Source: Spirochaetaceae bacterium (GTDB lineage Bacteria > Spirochaetota > Spirochaetia > DSM-27196 > SKKC01). From it: DNA of 64,000 bases. The stretch is from the NCBI GenBank assembly GCA_046542845.1, contig JBKHAN010000002.1:15396-79395 (forward strand), in the 5' to 3' direction. The notes beneath the pieces are model-generated. The model saw nothing but the letters and a program-made list of their open reading frames with translations, did not search any database and had not been told where the DNA came from. Of this stretch, positions 28,430-37,340 are shown in pieces (positions within the stretch are counted from its first letter, which is position 1; every line of letters starts with the position of its first letter). Position numbers and translations under genes: made by a program.

Positions 28430-29678
28430 GCGCGAGCGGCGCAGTTCCGTCCTCGTCGCTTTGGGCGTCTATCCGGAATGTTCCGGAATCGCGTGTCACA
28501 ACGACGAAATACCGGGCACCGTACACCGCTTCGCTCTCGGTGAGTGTTCGCCGGACGTCCGCACCGACCCGTACCAGTGGAAGGCGCGCCTCCACGGAAA
28601 CGTCGATCACAGTATTGTCGTCGCGACGTTCGATGCCGGCGTGCAGGCTGCCGCATGTACCCTGATATCCGGCGCTCACGCCGCTTCGAACAGCATGCTC
28701 GGCCACGCCGCGGTGATCAGTCTCCCGCTGGAGCGAGGATTCACCGCGAAAACTGAGCTGCGCGGGACTGAACACAGCCCGCAGGCGCGCTGTTGATTCG
28801 GTCTCCCGGAACTCGCGCGGGATCGGGTCCCGGGGAAGAACCGCTCCACTCACCGCAAACGTGACCGTCAGGTCCTCCGCGGCGCGAAGGTCCATCGCGA
28901 GGAGCGCCGCGGCTTCGCTTGTTGTGCCTCGCCCCTGCGCGTCGATGTATCCGGGGGTATGTATGAGACCAGCGATATCGATTGAGGAACGCAGCACCGG
29001 GAGCCTCAAGCCAAGCTGCATTCGAAGCGCCGGCGCTACGGTGGCACCGAACGGCATCGCAAACCGATACCTGAGATAGCGGTGTCTGAGCTCGAAACCA
29101 AGGTGCCCGAGCGTACGCTTACGCGTGTAGTCGGCGGGCAGTCGCCAGAAACCCGGGGATTCGTCGGTTTCGAGGAGAGTTCGCATGTACACGAATCGAG
29201 CGCCGGGTGCTTCTTCCGAATCCCCCTCAAGGTAGACAGCCGCCGCAGCGCGGGTCCAGCGGGACTCGACCCGGAGCACCGAGAAGCTCAGATTTCCCGC
29301 ACGGGCGACCATACCAACCGGACCAGCGCGGGCGGGGTCGGTCGCGAGCACAGGGCTGTCCGGTCCGAACATGCTGTCGAGCGAGATTGGAAGTGCCGGG
29401 GCGGCGTGCAGGTCGCGCTGCAGCCCCCGGTATCGTACGGGTCCTGCGATAAGCGCGGGTACCGCTAGTCCCGAGGCAAAATACTCGCGCGTTCCGTCTC
29501 GAACGACGTCACTGTACAGGATACGCAGAGAATCCTGATCGTAGATCAGACGCCGTTGCTGTTGCCCGGGTTCCGGGCTCCGAAGCGATACATCGAGTTG
29601 ACCGTCTACGGGAATGGCCTGCGCATACCCTGCCGTAAACAGAAGCGCGTACGCGCACAGACGAATAAACGTGTTCAC
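28389..29678 (-). CDS. Secreted hypothetical protein, possibly an outer-membrane beta-barrel
   Basis: Signal peptide MNTFIRLCAYALLFTAGYAQA. The composition alternates and is aromatic-rich. No known motif. The 3' end overlaps convergent murB by 41 nt. Confidence 0.65.
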   Translation of the reverse strand: MNTFIRLCAYALLFTAGYAQAIPVDGQLDVSLRSPEPGQQQRRLIYDQDSLRILYSDVVRDGTREYFASGLAVPALIAGPVRYRGLQRDLHAAPALPISLDSMFGPDSPVLATDPARAGPVGMVARAGNLSFSVLRVESRWTRAAAAVYLEGDSEEAPGARFVYMRTLLETDESPGFWRLPADYTRKRTLGHLGFELRHRYLRYRFAMPFGATVAPALRMQLGLRLPVLRSSIDIAGLIHTPGYIDAQGRGTTSEAAALLAMDLRAAEDLTVTFAVSGAVLPRDPIPREFRETESTARLRAVFSPAQLSFRGESSLQRETDHRGVAEHAVRSGVSAGYQGTCGSLHAGIERRDDNTVIDVSVEARLPLVRVGADVRRTLTESEAVYGARYFVVVTRDSGTFRIDAQSDEDGTAPLALSWTYSGAIPSPQ

Positions 29679-29730
29679 ACATATCTATACGCAGGCGAGC
29701 TCGTCGTTGATTGCAGAAAACAGGACGGAT

Positions 29731-32100
29731 TTACGCGTCCTCCGCGCGTTCCCAGTCGGGCCGAACATCCGGCAGAGGTTTTTGCACTTCGTGTCCGGAC
29801 GTGAGGCGCACTTCGTCGGCTTCGTGGTAGATGACCAGCGTCTCGCCCTCGATCAGGGTATAGCGGACATGTTCACGCTCGACCTGCACCTCAAGAAGCC
29901 CGTCGCCGAGGCGTATGCGGAATCCTATTCGAGACCACTTCTTCGGGAGCCGCGGGCTGAACCGTATCGTCCCCCCCCAGTCGCGCATACCCCCGAAGCC
30001 GAAAACCAGGCTCAGCCAGCACCCGGCCATGTTCGCAAAATGTATGCCGTCGCGTACGTTCCTGTTTATATCGTCCAGATCCATCCGCGCCGTTTTCATG
30101 AAGTACTCGTACGCACGTTCGACGTAGCCGAGTTCCGCGGCTACGACGCACTGTATGCACGAACTGAGAGAGCTGTCACCGGTGTTCAGGGCGTCATAGT
30201 AATCAAAGTTCCACCGCTTCTCTTCGGCAGTGAACCTGTCGCCCTGCAGGAGCAGCGCGAGGACCACATCCGGCTGTTTACAGACCTGAAAACGATAAAT
30301 CGACAAGGGGTGATAGTGCAGAAGCAGCGGGTAGTGCTCCGAAGGGGTGCCTGGGAAATCCCACACCGCTTTCCGGAAAAATGAGTCGTCCTGCGGATAC
30401 AGCCCACGTTCCTCGTCATAGGGAATGTGCATAGCCTCGGCAGCTTCCGTCCATTGGCGAAGCTCGTCGACACTTATCCCCGTGAGTTCGACAAGCCGCT
30501 TCCAGTCCTCGGGCCAATCGTTTCGAAGCGTCCGGCCAATTTCGTTCGCGTAGCGTAAATGGTCCTGAACCATGAGATTGGTGAAAACGTTGTTGTTTAC
30601 AAGAGCAGTATACTCGTTGGGACCGGTCACCAGATTCAGGCAAAAGCCCTGACCATCAACATAGTTTCCGAGGTCGTAATAGAAACGCGCGGTCTCGAAA
30701 ATCATTTCCGCGCCGTACCGTTTCAGAAAAACCTGATCGTTACTTGCCCGAACGTATTGCCGGACTGCGTACATAATGTCTGCATTAATATGATACTGTG
30801 CGGTTCCGGCCGGATAATAGGCGCTGGCCTCCTCCCCGTTTATGGTCCGCCACGGATAGAGCGCCCCACGGTGTTTCAGCTCCGCGGCCCTCTCACGTGC
30901 CTTCGGCAGTGTGTTGTACCGGTAGGTAAGAAGGCGTCGGGCTATGAATGGTGTGGTATAGCTGTAGAACGGAAGCGCATAAATCTCCGTGTCCCAGAAA
31001 TAATGCCCCTCATAGCCGTCTCCCGTAAGGCCTTTTGCACCAATATTGGTCCGACCATTCCGACCCGTCGACTGAAGCACGTGAAACAGGTTGAACCGCA
31101 GGCTTTGCTGAACCCACTCGTCTCCGTCTACCTGTATTTCACTGCCGGTCCAGAACTCATCGAGATACATTTTCTGTTCGTCGAGTATCGTGTCGAACCC
31201 GGACGCAATTGCCCGCTCCACCTCGCGTTCGGCAAGCTCTTCAAGCCTGTCATGTGCAGCGTCGTAGCTGTGATAGTAGGCCACATACTTTTTGAGTTCT
31301 ACAGGTACCCCGGCCTCGCCCTGAATACGCCACTCATGCCAGACGCGACCTCCATGCGATTTTGCCGAAACCGTGTGAAACGAGTCTGTCTGGAGCTCAT
31401 TTGTCATTCTGCAGAACAGCTCGGTCTGCATTCGCTTCGTCATATACCGCACGACAGCGTGCTCGTCGTCAATGCGCTTGTTCCGAAGAATAAGCCCTGT
31501 GCTCGACATGTCTTCACCGACTCGTGGATCGTTGGGATCACGACCGGAGCGGTTCAGGAGCTCCATTGAAGAGACGATCCTGAGGTATGCGTCCTGTTCC
31601 GGTAACTCAAGGCTCCAGCGCTGCGCTGCAAGGTGCTCGCGCAGGAACGATGCAACCCGAATCGTTCTGAGGATAACGCGGACGCCACCCGGACTGACCC
31701 ACTCGACCTCACGTTCGAGTCGTCCGAGTCTCAGATCGAGCACGCGCGTGCACACCTGTACCGTCCCGGTTGACAGATCGAGCGGCTCATCGTTCACAAA
31801 AAGGTCAATGTGCGTCCCGTCGGAAACGTTGAGCATGCTCTGGTTGTTTCGAGCGTATCCGTAGGCCGATTCCCCATACTCGATGGGGGCTGACTCGTAG
31901 AAACCGTTCAGGTAGGTTCCCGGTCGATACATGAAGCGATGTTCTTCAAGCGATCCGCGTATACCCAGGTATCCGTTCCCCAGCGCGAATACCGTCTCAG
32001 TGATACCGGCTCGCTTCGGATCGAAACGGGTTTCCACGATACGCCAGGTGTCAAGGGGAAAAGTATGCCGGTCGTTGTTCCCGGTTCTGTCCATAGTCAC
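29731..32100 (-). CDS. Glycoside hydrolase family 65 disaccharide phosphorylase (kojibiose/maltose/trehalose phosphorylase type)
   Basis: The N-terminal FALGNGYLGIRGSLEE motif, the 789-aa length, and central (alpha/alpha)6-region motifs (GEGYEGHYFWDTEIY, PWRTINGEE) are typical of GH65. Substrate specificity cannot be determined from sequence alone. Confidence 0.88.
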   Translation of the reverse strand: MTMDRTGNNDRHTFPLDTWRIVETRFDPKRAGITETVFALGNGYLGIRGSLEEHRFMYRPGTYLNGFYESAPIEYGESAYGYARNNQSMLNVSDGTHIDLFVNDEPLDLSTGTVQVCTRVLDLRLGRLEREVEWVSPGGVRVILRTIRVASFLREHLAAQRWSLELPEQDAYLRIVSSMELLNRSGRDPNDPRVGEDMSSTGLILRNKRIDDEHAVVRYMTKRMQTELFCRMTNELQTDSFHTVSAKSHGGRVWHEWRIQGEAGVPVELKKYVAYYHSYDAAHDRLEELAEREVERAIASGFDTILDEQKMYLDEFWTGSEIQVDGDEWVQQSLRFNLFHVLQSTGRNGRTNIGAKGLTGDGYEGHYFWDTEIYALPFYSYTTPFIARRLLTYRYNTLPKARERAAELKHRGALYPWRTINGEEASAYYPAGTAQYHINADIMYAVRQYVRASNDQVFLKRYGAEMIFETARFYYDLGNYVDGQGFCLNLVTGPNEYTALVNNNVFTNLMVQDHLRYANEIGRTLRNDWPEDWKRLVELTGISVDELRQWTEAAEAMHIPYDEERGLYPQDDSFFRKAVWDFPGTPSEHYPLLLHYHPLSIYRFQVCKQPDVVLALLLQGDRFTAEEKRWNFDYYDALNTGDSSLSSCIQCVVAAELGYVERAYEYFMKTARMDLDDINRNVRDGIHFANMAGCWLSLVFGFGGMRDWGGTIRFSPRLPKKWSRIGFRIRLGDGLLEVQVEREHVRYTLIEGETLVIYHEADEVRLTSGHEVQKPLPDVRPDWERAEDA

Positions 32101-32161
32101 GTTCGCTACCTTACACGATCGGGTATACCGGTAGCATAGTCAGGATGCGGTTCCGGGGCAA

Positions 32162-32974
32162 TCAGGCTTCCAGCTGAGGTTCATGTACGAAGGGATAACG
32201 CGCAAAATCGATACCCTCGGTAGAAAACCTCTTGTGCAGACCGATAAGCACACCGTTTTTTGCCGCCAGGAACTGATCTCGTGGAAACCAGACACCAAAG
32301 AGGACATCGACGCCGATGGGTGTGATCTGCTTGATCAGGAAAAACGGTTCCGGTTCGTCGAGCGTAACTTCAATCTCGCTGGAAAGCTCCAGGAGTAACT
32401 CCTTAACGCGCTCAAGATCCACGTGTGGTTCGAGGGTAAACTCGAAATCCATGCGACGAATCGGGAAACGGGTTACGTTTATGACATCGGTCTTGATGAT
32501 GTTTTCGTTCGGCACCCGGATATAGCGATTATCGAAGGTGCGAATCTTCACCGAGAGCAGATCGATGGAGAGGATTACTCCGGTGGTTTCACCGATAGTA
32601 ATAACGTCGCCAACGGAGAACGCCTTCTCTGAAATCAGAAAAAGCCCGCTTATGACGTTCGAGATACTGGTCTGTGCGGCGAAACCAAGGGCAACACCAG
32701 CGATACCGGCGGCGCCGAGAAAGGCGGTAAGGTTGGTGCCGAGTTGCGCGAGCAGCGTAACCACGAGGATAGCCATTCCACTGTAGACAATGACTTTCCG
32801 AAGGATCATTGCCGATTGCGGCGACAGCCGGCGCTCGAACCAGCGGCCGGCGAAAAAAACGAACACTTTCAGGATCAGAAAACCGGTGACCAGGACCACA
32901 AAAGCCCAGAAAAACCGTGAAAGGTTGTCCGGTTGTAAGAATTCCAGTAGCTGTTCGGGTACCATGCCAGTCAT
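32162..32974 (-). CDS. Small-conductance mechanosensitive channel (MscS family)
   Basis: Three N-terminal TM helices followed by FSVGDVITIGETTGVILSIDLLSVKIRTFDNRYIRVPNENI. Confidence 0.9.
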   Translation of the reverse strand: MTGMVPEQLLEFLQPDNLSRFFWAFVVLVTGFLILKVFVFFAGRWFERRLSPQSAMILRKVIVYSGMAILVVTLLAQLGTNLTAFLGAAGIAGVALGFAAQTSISNVISGLFLISEKAFSVGDVITIGETTGVILSIDLLSVKIRTFDNRYIRVPNENIIKTDVINVTRFPIRRMDFEFTLEPHVDLERVKELLLELSSEIEVTLDEPEPFFLIKQITPIGVDVLFGVWFPRDQFLAAKNGVLIGLHKRFSTEGIDFARYPFVHEPQLEA

Positions 32975-32991
32975 AGCGTGCGACCTTGCTT

Positions 32992-33858
32992 TCAGTAGTT
33001 ACTGATCCTTCGCAGAAGGATCAGCCCGCGGCGGATTATGTTGTCGGCGTCCTGATTCCGTGGTCCGTTCAGCAGCGTCAGGGTGGCCGGAATCTCCGGC
33101 GAACGATCAGATACCGAGATGTTCAGCTCCTCCTCGGTGGAGTACACAGCGATAGCTTCGTTCGTCCAGAGATCACCCAGAGCGACCGGAATGTGGACGC
33201 CCTTTCGAACACCTCTTCGCTTTCGACGCGATGGATTCGCCGGTGTCGTATCGGTTGTCTCGTAAATACGCATAAGGTCTGCGAATATCGGCAGTTTATT
33301 GAAGCTCAGCGGCACATGCGCATTATTGCGCACCGATACCGGACAGTACGCCGAAGGCGCGCCATCTGCGGCATGTACGCTGTGCGCGTGCCGTACGACC
33401 TGCTCGGAACTCGTGTAACACAGGCGACCGGTCATAGCACCGCCAAACCAGGTACTGGAAAAACGTCTCGTCGGTACATCAAAAAGAAGCTGTGTACCCG
33501 GTCTGCCCACCCAGGCCTGTATCCATAACGGAATCGCAGTGAAAAACGTATAGGAAGCCCCAGGCGCGACGTATATCTGCTGCTCGGTCCTGGCGACAAG
33601 AGGCCTGTCGGGCGCTGCTGGAAGTAAGGTAACAAGGTCTACCCTGGAATCGCTGATGAATGTGGACCACGTCATGTCTTCGCATGCACCGGATTTCACA
33701 CCTTCGCCGGTTTCGGGAGAACTGACGGGCAGCTGCCGGAACGCGTACTGCCAGGTTGTCACCGTCCTGCGTATGCCGATGTCGAGCCGGCCCAGGGTAA
33801 AGCACCGCTCTTCTCCTACACTGAAGCTGTGGGAACCCCACAGAGGTGTTTCAGCCAT
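32992..33858 (-). CDS. Hypothetical protein (288 aa)
   Basis: This is the only non-shadow ORF in the interval, and it is tightly spaced between the small basic protein gene and mscS. Its composition is protein-like. I recognise no motif. Confidence 0.6.
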   Translation of the reverse strand: MAETPLWGSHSFSVGEERCFTLGRLDIGIRRTVTTWQYAFRQLPVSSPETGEGVKSGACEDMTWSTFISDSRVDLVTLLPAAPDRPLVARTEQQIYVAPGASYTFFTAIPLWIQAWVGRPGTQLLFDVPTRRFSSTWFGGAMTGRLCYTSSEQVVRHAHSVHAADGAPSAYCPVSVRNNAHVPLSFNKLPIFADLMRIYETTDTTPANPSRRKRRGVRKGVHIPVALGDLWTNEAIAVYSTEEELNISVSDRSPEIPATLTLLNGPRNQDADNIIRRGLILLRRISNY

Positions 33859-33879
33859 GGTGTGGACCGTGTGGAGGTG

Positions 33880-34170
33880 TTACTCAGACGCTGTTTCGGT
33901 ACTTTCGGCTTCCGGCGTCGGGGCGGCGTCCTGTGCAGCCTTGGCCTGAGTCTGCGCTTCTGCGGCCGCGCCGGCAGCCTTACCCGCCCTCTCCTGGCGT
34001 CGTCGCTGATTCGTGATGTGTGCCTTAGCGGCTTTCGAGATCATTACCTTTTTTCCATCAATCTCGTGCTCGTACATGAGCTTTACACCGGTCTTACCGG
34101 TTATAGGGCAGGTTCCGCGCCCGTGGTTGTACTGGTCGCGTATTCCCGAACCCCTGTGTGCTTTGGACAT
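33880..34170 (-). CDS. Small basic protein (96 aa) with a low-complexity Ala/Gln/Glu-rich tail
   Basis: MSKAHRGSGIRDQYNHGRGTCPITGKTGVKLMYEHEIDGKKV... It is preceded by AGGAGA and a strong promoter-like element at 34201-34228. Confidence 0.65.
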   Translation of the reverse strand: MSKAHRGSGIRDQYNHGRGTCPITGKTGVKLMYEHEIDGKKVMISKAAKAHITNQRRRQERAGKAAGAAAEAQTQAKAAQDAAPTPEAESTETASE

Positions 34171-34200
34171 AAAATTCTCCTGATTTGTGTGGGGAGGTAG

Positions 34201-34228
34201 AGTATAGGTACCCCGGTATGCAGGTCAA
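34201..34228 (-). promoter_or_regulatory. Sigma70-like promoter TTGACC-N16-TATACT for the small basic protein operon
   Basis: Minus-strand -35 TTGACC at 34228-34223 and -10 TATACT at 34206-34201, followed by ...AGGAGAATTTT-ATG (34170). Confidence 0.5.
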
Positions 34229-34240
34229 GACCTCGAGTGA

Positions 34241-34264
34241 GCCGGGTGTCAATCGACACCCGGC
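34241..34264 (-). terminator. Perfect 10-bp GC-rich stem-loop 13 nt downstream of the OmpA/FlgD-Ig gene; possible terminator or insulator with no U-tract
   Basis: GCCGGGTGTC-aatc-GACACCCGGC. No T-run follows on the minus strand, so the terminator assignment is weak. Confidence 0.3.
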
Positions 34265-34276
34265 GTGGCGCACGGC

Positions 34277-37156
34277 TTATGGCCGTTCGAGCAGAAACTC
34301 GACCCTTCTGTTCTGCCATATATTGTCGTAGTCATCGAATGGCACTACCGGTCGGTCACCTCCGATCGCCTGTATCGTCATTCTGTCGAGGTCGACACCG
34401 AGGATCGCCAGAGCGTCACGGACCTCCCGGGCGCGCTGTTCGCTGAGCGGAAGGAGGAAGTCACGCTGCTCGGCCCTTCGCTCTGCGGCGGTGGCAAAGC
34501 GAATATGGTTCGCGTGCCCTTCGACCACGATGTCCCTGTCGGGAAACTGGTTCAGAATCCGTGCGAGATTCTGAAGCGTATCAAGATTACTCTGCAGGCG
34601 GTCGTTCAGCTGTTCAAACAGATATCCGCTGTTCGGCTCAAACTCGATCGACGAAATGACAATTCTCAGGCGACCGTTCTCCTGCCTGACGATAATGTCC
34701 GTCAGAATATCCAGATCTTCGACCGTGACGTTTCGAAGCTCGTCCTCAACAGTAAGTCGGCCGGTGTACAGCTGTGCACTCTGCACGAGGGTCCCGTCCG
34801 CAAGCGTTCCGTCCCAGGTCAGTCCTTCGGGTGGTGTACCGGAACCTTCGATCGTACCAGCGTTGTTGCCTGCAGGGTCTATGAGGTCGATCTGCCAGCT
34901 CTCGATATCGGACCATTCGTCCTGCGCTGAAATCTCTACATTCAGATTCTCGCTTTGACCGTTGAACTCGGGTCGGAACGGAAGCGGCTCCGCGCTTACC
35001 TCGATCTCAGGACCACTGGCGTCGAGCAGGACCTCTTCGTCGGCAAAGTGTTCTACCCGACCACCGCCTTCATAATTCAGACGGATCCCAACGCGGTATC
35101 GTCCGTCGACAATATCACCCGTATCGGTTCGACCGTCCCATTCAATGCGGCTCGGTGGTACACCATCTCCTGCGACGGTCCTCACAACATCACCGTCCGC
35201 GCTTCGTACGATCGCCGTCCACGATTCAAGTCCTTCGGTTTGCGCCGGTGCAACGCTGATCGGGAGCGTATCCCGGTATCCGTCGCCGTTCGGTGCAAAC
35301 TCGGCGTACTCCGGGGTAATGCCGATCCGGGGTGCGTCGCGGTCTACCGCGACCGGCCCGACCGTAACCACAGGCTGGTTGCCGTTTCGGTAAAACACCT
35401 GAAGCTCCGTCTCGTAGCTTCCTTCAGGCACAGCGATACCGGCGTCGTCTCGACCGTCCCACGCAAATTCGGTAACAACACTCTCCGAGGTGAACGTCCT
35501 CACTACGTCTCCCTCAGATGACCGTACGGTGAAGACCATGGACTCGACGCTGTCGGTGACCTCAAGCTCCGGACGGTAGACTACTTCGTCGTTTACGCCC
35601 TGAAAGTCCGGCGATACGGTATCTGATTCCTGAGTAAGGTCAATGGGTGTCGCTCGCGTATCAAGCACAAAGACGACGCGGTTCGATTCACCGCGGTTCC
35701 CCGCCGCATCCTCTCCGTCAAGCCATGCAACATACTGCCCGTCCGGCAACTCCGAACCGTCAAGATCGCGACCGTCCCACTCGAGCGGGAAAATGTCGGG
35801 CGTGACATTCAGCTCTCCAAACACCTCATCGAGATCGAATCGGAACTGCTCGTCGTCCAGCTGAACCCACCCGGTCCACGATGCTTCGGTCTGCCAGTCA
35901 GCGTCGATTTCGAGCGTCGGCTTTGTATCGCCGCCGAAAACCTCGTGATTGACGGAAACCTGTGCCGAAGGTGCCACCGAATCTATGACCACAGGTTCAC
36001 CAAGAGAACTGAGGCTGACCCCGTTCTCGAATGTCACGGTGAACACCGTGTGATAGGTCGCATCCTCCATGATCCGGTTTGTGTCGTCACGACCATCCCA
36101 GGTAACAGCCTCGGGCGGTTCACCCGTACCTTCAAAGCGACGGTATACCTCTGTCTCGGTAGCCTCGTCGCGCACCTCAAGACTCCAGCTGTCGATCTCA
36201 AGCGGATTCTCCACCGACAGATCGAAATCAACCGTCCTGATCCTTCCCGACGGGTTAAAGGCCTCACGGTCTGCCGCGACCACGACGTCTCCTTCCTCGG
36301 TCGCTACACGGATGCCCGATACAGTTTCGCTGACCTCGTTCCCGGGGCGATCACGCCCGACAAGCTCGTAGCTGTACTGCCCGTCAGGGACTATGTCTCC
36401 GTCGTCGTCCCGACCATCCCAGTTCCAGGTTGTCGGACGCTGATCGTTGGCCAGGTCCTGGCGTTGCGGTGTCGCCGGATCGTACTGTATCGGATTTTCA
36501 AAGCGCTCGGTACGGACGACTTCACCGGCATCGTTGAGTATACGCGCGACCCAGGACACTTCCGCGCTTCCGTCCTGCTCTATCGTCACGCTCTCCCGTC
36601 CGCTTTCAATACCCGGGCTGAAGACCATGACAGGTATCTCAAGATTCTCGATTACGGGGGGCGTTGTGTCGACGGTGATGTTCTGCGGCGGAGTACGACG
36701 AGTCATGCCTTCATCGTCCACAACAAAAAGTTGATAGATATAGTCGCCGTCGGGTACAATGTCTCCGTTATTGTCACGGCCGTCCCACTGAAGACTACTG
36801 ATAAGCTCAGGGTCTATCTGGGGGACATCGCCGATGTTGAACAGGTTGCCGAAAAAGCCGCGAGTCTCGGTTTCTTCCTCGATCTGCTGATATACAATAT
36901 CGCCCTCGGCGTTAAAGACGTTCAGCTCAAAGGATCGAATAACCCGGTCGGGAGCCGGCGCTATTTCAGGATCGAGTCGCAGCACCTGATGCTCCGCCTC
37001 GGCTACACCCGGTGCTATGAAAATCCTGGGTTGTCGAGGTATGTCAATGACAAACTCGCCGTCTTCCTGGGTCCCACCGGCGAATACCGGCACTGCAAGA
37101 GCTGAAAGCGCCAACAGCAGAATGGTCGCCCTTAATATCCTCGAATGACTAGTCAT
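34277..37156 (-). CDS. Large envelope protein: signal peptide, seven FlgD-Ig-like modules, C-terminal OmpA peptidoglycan-binding domain
   Basis: Track ORF (GTG 37177) trimmed to ATG 37156, with AAGGAA 8 nt upstream. Signal peptide MTSHSRILRATILLLALSALAVPVFA. C-terminus: IVVEGHANHI...LSEQRAREVRDALAILGVDLDRMTIQAIGGDRPVVP...NRRVEFLL. Confidence 0.88.
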   Translation of the reverse strand: MTSHSRILRATILLLALSALAVPVFAGGTQEDGEFVIDIPRQPRIFIAPGVAEAEHQVLRLDPEIAPAPDRVIRSFELNVFNAEGDIVYQQIEEETETRGFFGNLFNIGDVPQIDPELISSLQWDGRDNNGDIVPDGDYIYQLFVVDDEGMTRRTPPQNITVDTTPPVIENLEIPVMVFSPGIESGRESVTIEQDGSAEVSWVARILNDAGEVVRTERFENPIQYDPATPQRQDLANDQRPTTWNWDGRDDDGDIVPDGQYSYELVGRDRPGNEVSETVSGIRVATEEGDVVVAADREAFNPSGRIRTVDFDLSVENPLEIDSWSLEVRDEATETEVYRRFEGTGEPPEAVTWDGRDDTNRIMEDATYHTVFTVTFENGVSLSSLGEPVVIDSVAPSAQVSVNHEVFGGDTKPTLEIDADWQTEASWTGWVQLDDEQFRFDLDEVFGELNVTPDIFPLEWDGRDLDGSELPDGQYVAWLDGEDAAGNRGESNRVVFVLDTRATPIDLTQESDTVSPDFQGVNDEVVYRPELEVTDSVESMVFTVRSSEGDVVRTFTSESVVTEFAWDGRDDAGIAVPEGSYETELQVFYRNGNQPVVTVGPVAVDRDAPRIGITPEYAEFAPNGDGYRDTLPISVAPAQTEGLESWTAIVRSADGDVVRTVAGDGVPPSRIEWDGRTDTGDIVDGRYRVGIRLNYEGGGRVEHFADEEVLLDASGPEIEVSAEPLPFRPEFNGQSENLNVEISAQDEWSDIESWQIDLIDPAGNNAGTIEGSGTPPEGLTWDGTLADGTLVQSAQLYTGRLTVEDELRNVTVEDLDILTDIIVRQENGRLRIVISSIEFEPNSGYLFEQLNDRLQSNLDTLQNLARILNQFPDRDIVVEGHANHIRFATAAERRAEQRDFLLPLSEQRAREVRDALAILGVDLDRMTIQAIGGDRPVVPFDDYDNIWQNRRVEFLLERP
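34745..36830 (-). repeat. Seven tandem coding repeats of about 100 aa each (FlgD-Ig-like)
   Basis: Each module contains WDG(R/T).. followed by G..V.DG.Y. The seven cores are WDGRDNNGDIVPDGDY, WDGRDDDGDIVPDGQY, WDGRDDTNRIMEDATY, WDGRDLDGSELPDGQY, WDGRDDAGIAVPEGSY, WDGRTDTGDIVDGRY and WDGTLADGTLVQSAQLY. The first Trp codon is at 36787-36785 and the last at 34816-34814. The outer boundaries are approximate. Confidence 0.75.
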
Positions 37157-37227
37157 GTGCGTGGGTTCCTTATACACCTAAAATTCGCCGTCTCAAGTAC
37201 GACACCGATTATCCCTTGTAGAATGAA

Positions 37228-37257
37228 ATTATACACCGGGAACCGGGTATTCCTCAA
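37228..37257 (-). promoter_or_regulatory. Extended -10 sigma70-like promoter TTGAGG-N18-(TG)TATAAT for the OmpA/FlgD-Ig gene
   Basis: Minus-strand TGTATAAT at 37235-37228 and TTGAGG at 37257-37252, inside the relatively AT-rich divergent intergenic region. Confidence 0.4.
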
Positions 37258-37340
37258 ATCGCAAACAACAAACACCGCAATTATGTTACGGTATAGTAAA
37301 AGATTTCCCTGATTTTTCCTTTCCAGCAAGGAATCGGGTT

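Noticed and set aside
33880-34170. The small basic protein as a ribosomal protein L28-like gene, because of its C-x-I-T-G-K motif
   Set aside because: Only the short CPITGK stretch resembles L28. The rest, including the N-terminal extension and the Ala/Gln-rich tail, does not match the L28 pattern as I remember it. I left it as hypothetical.
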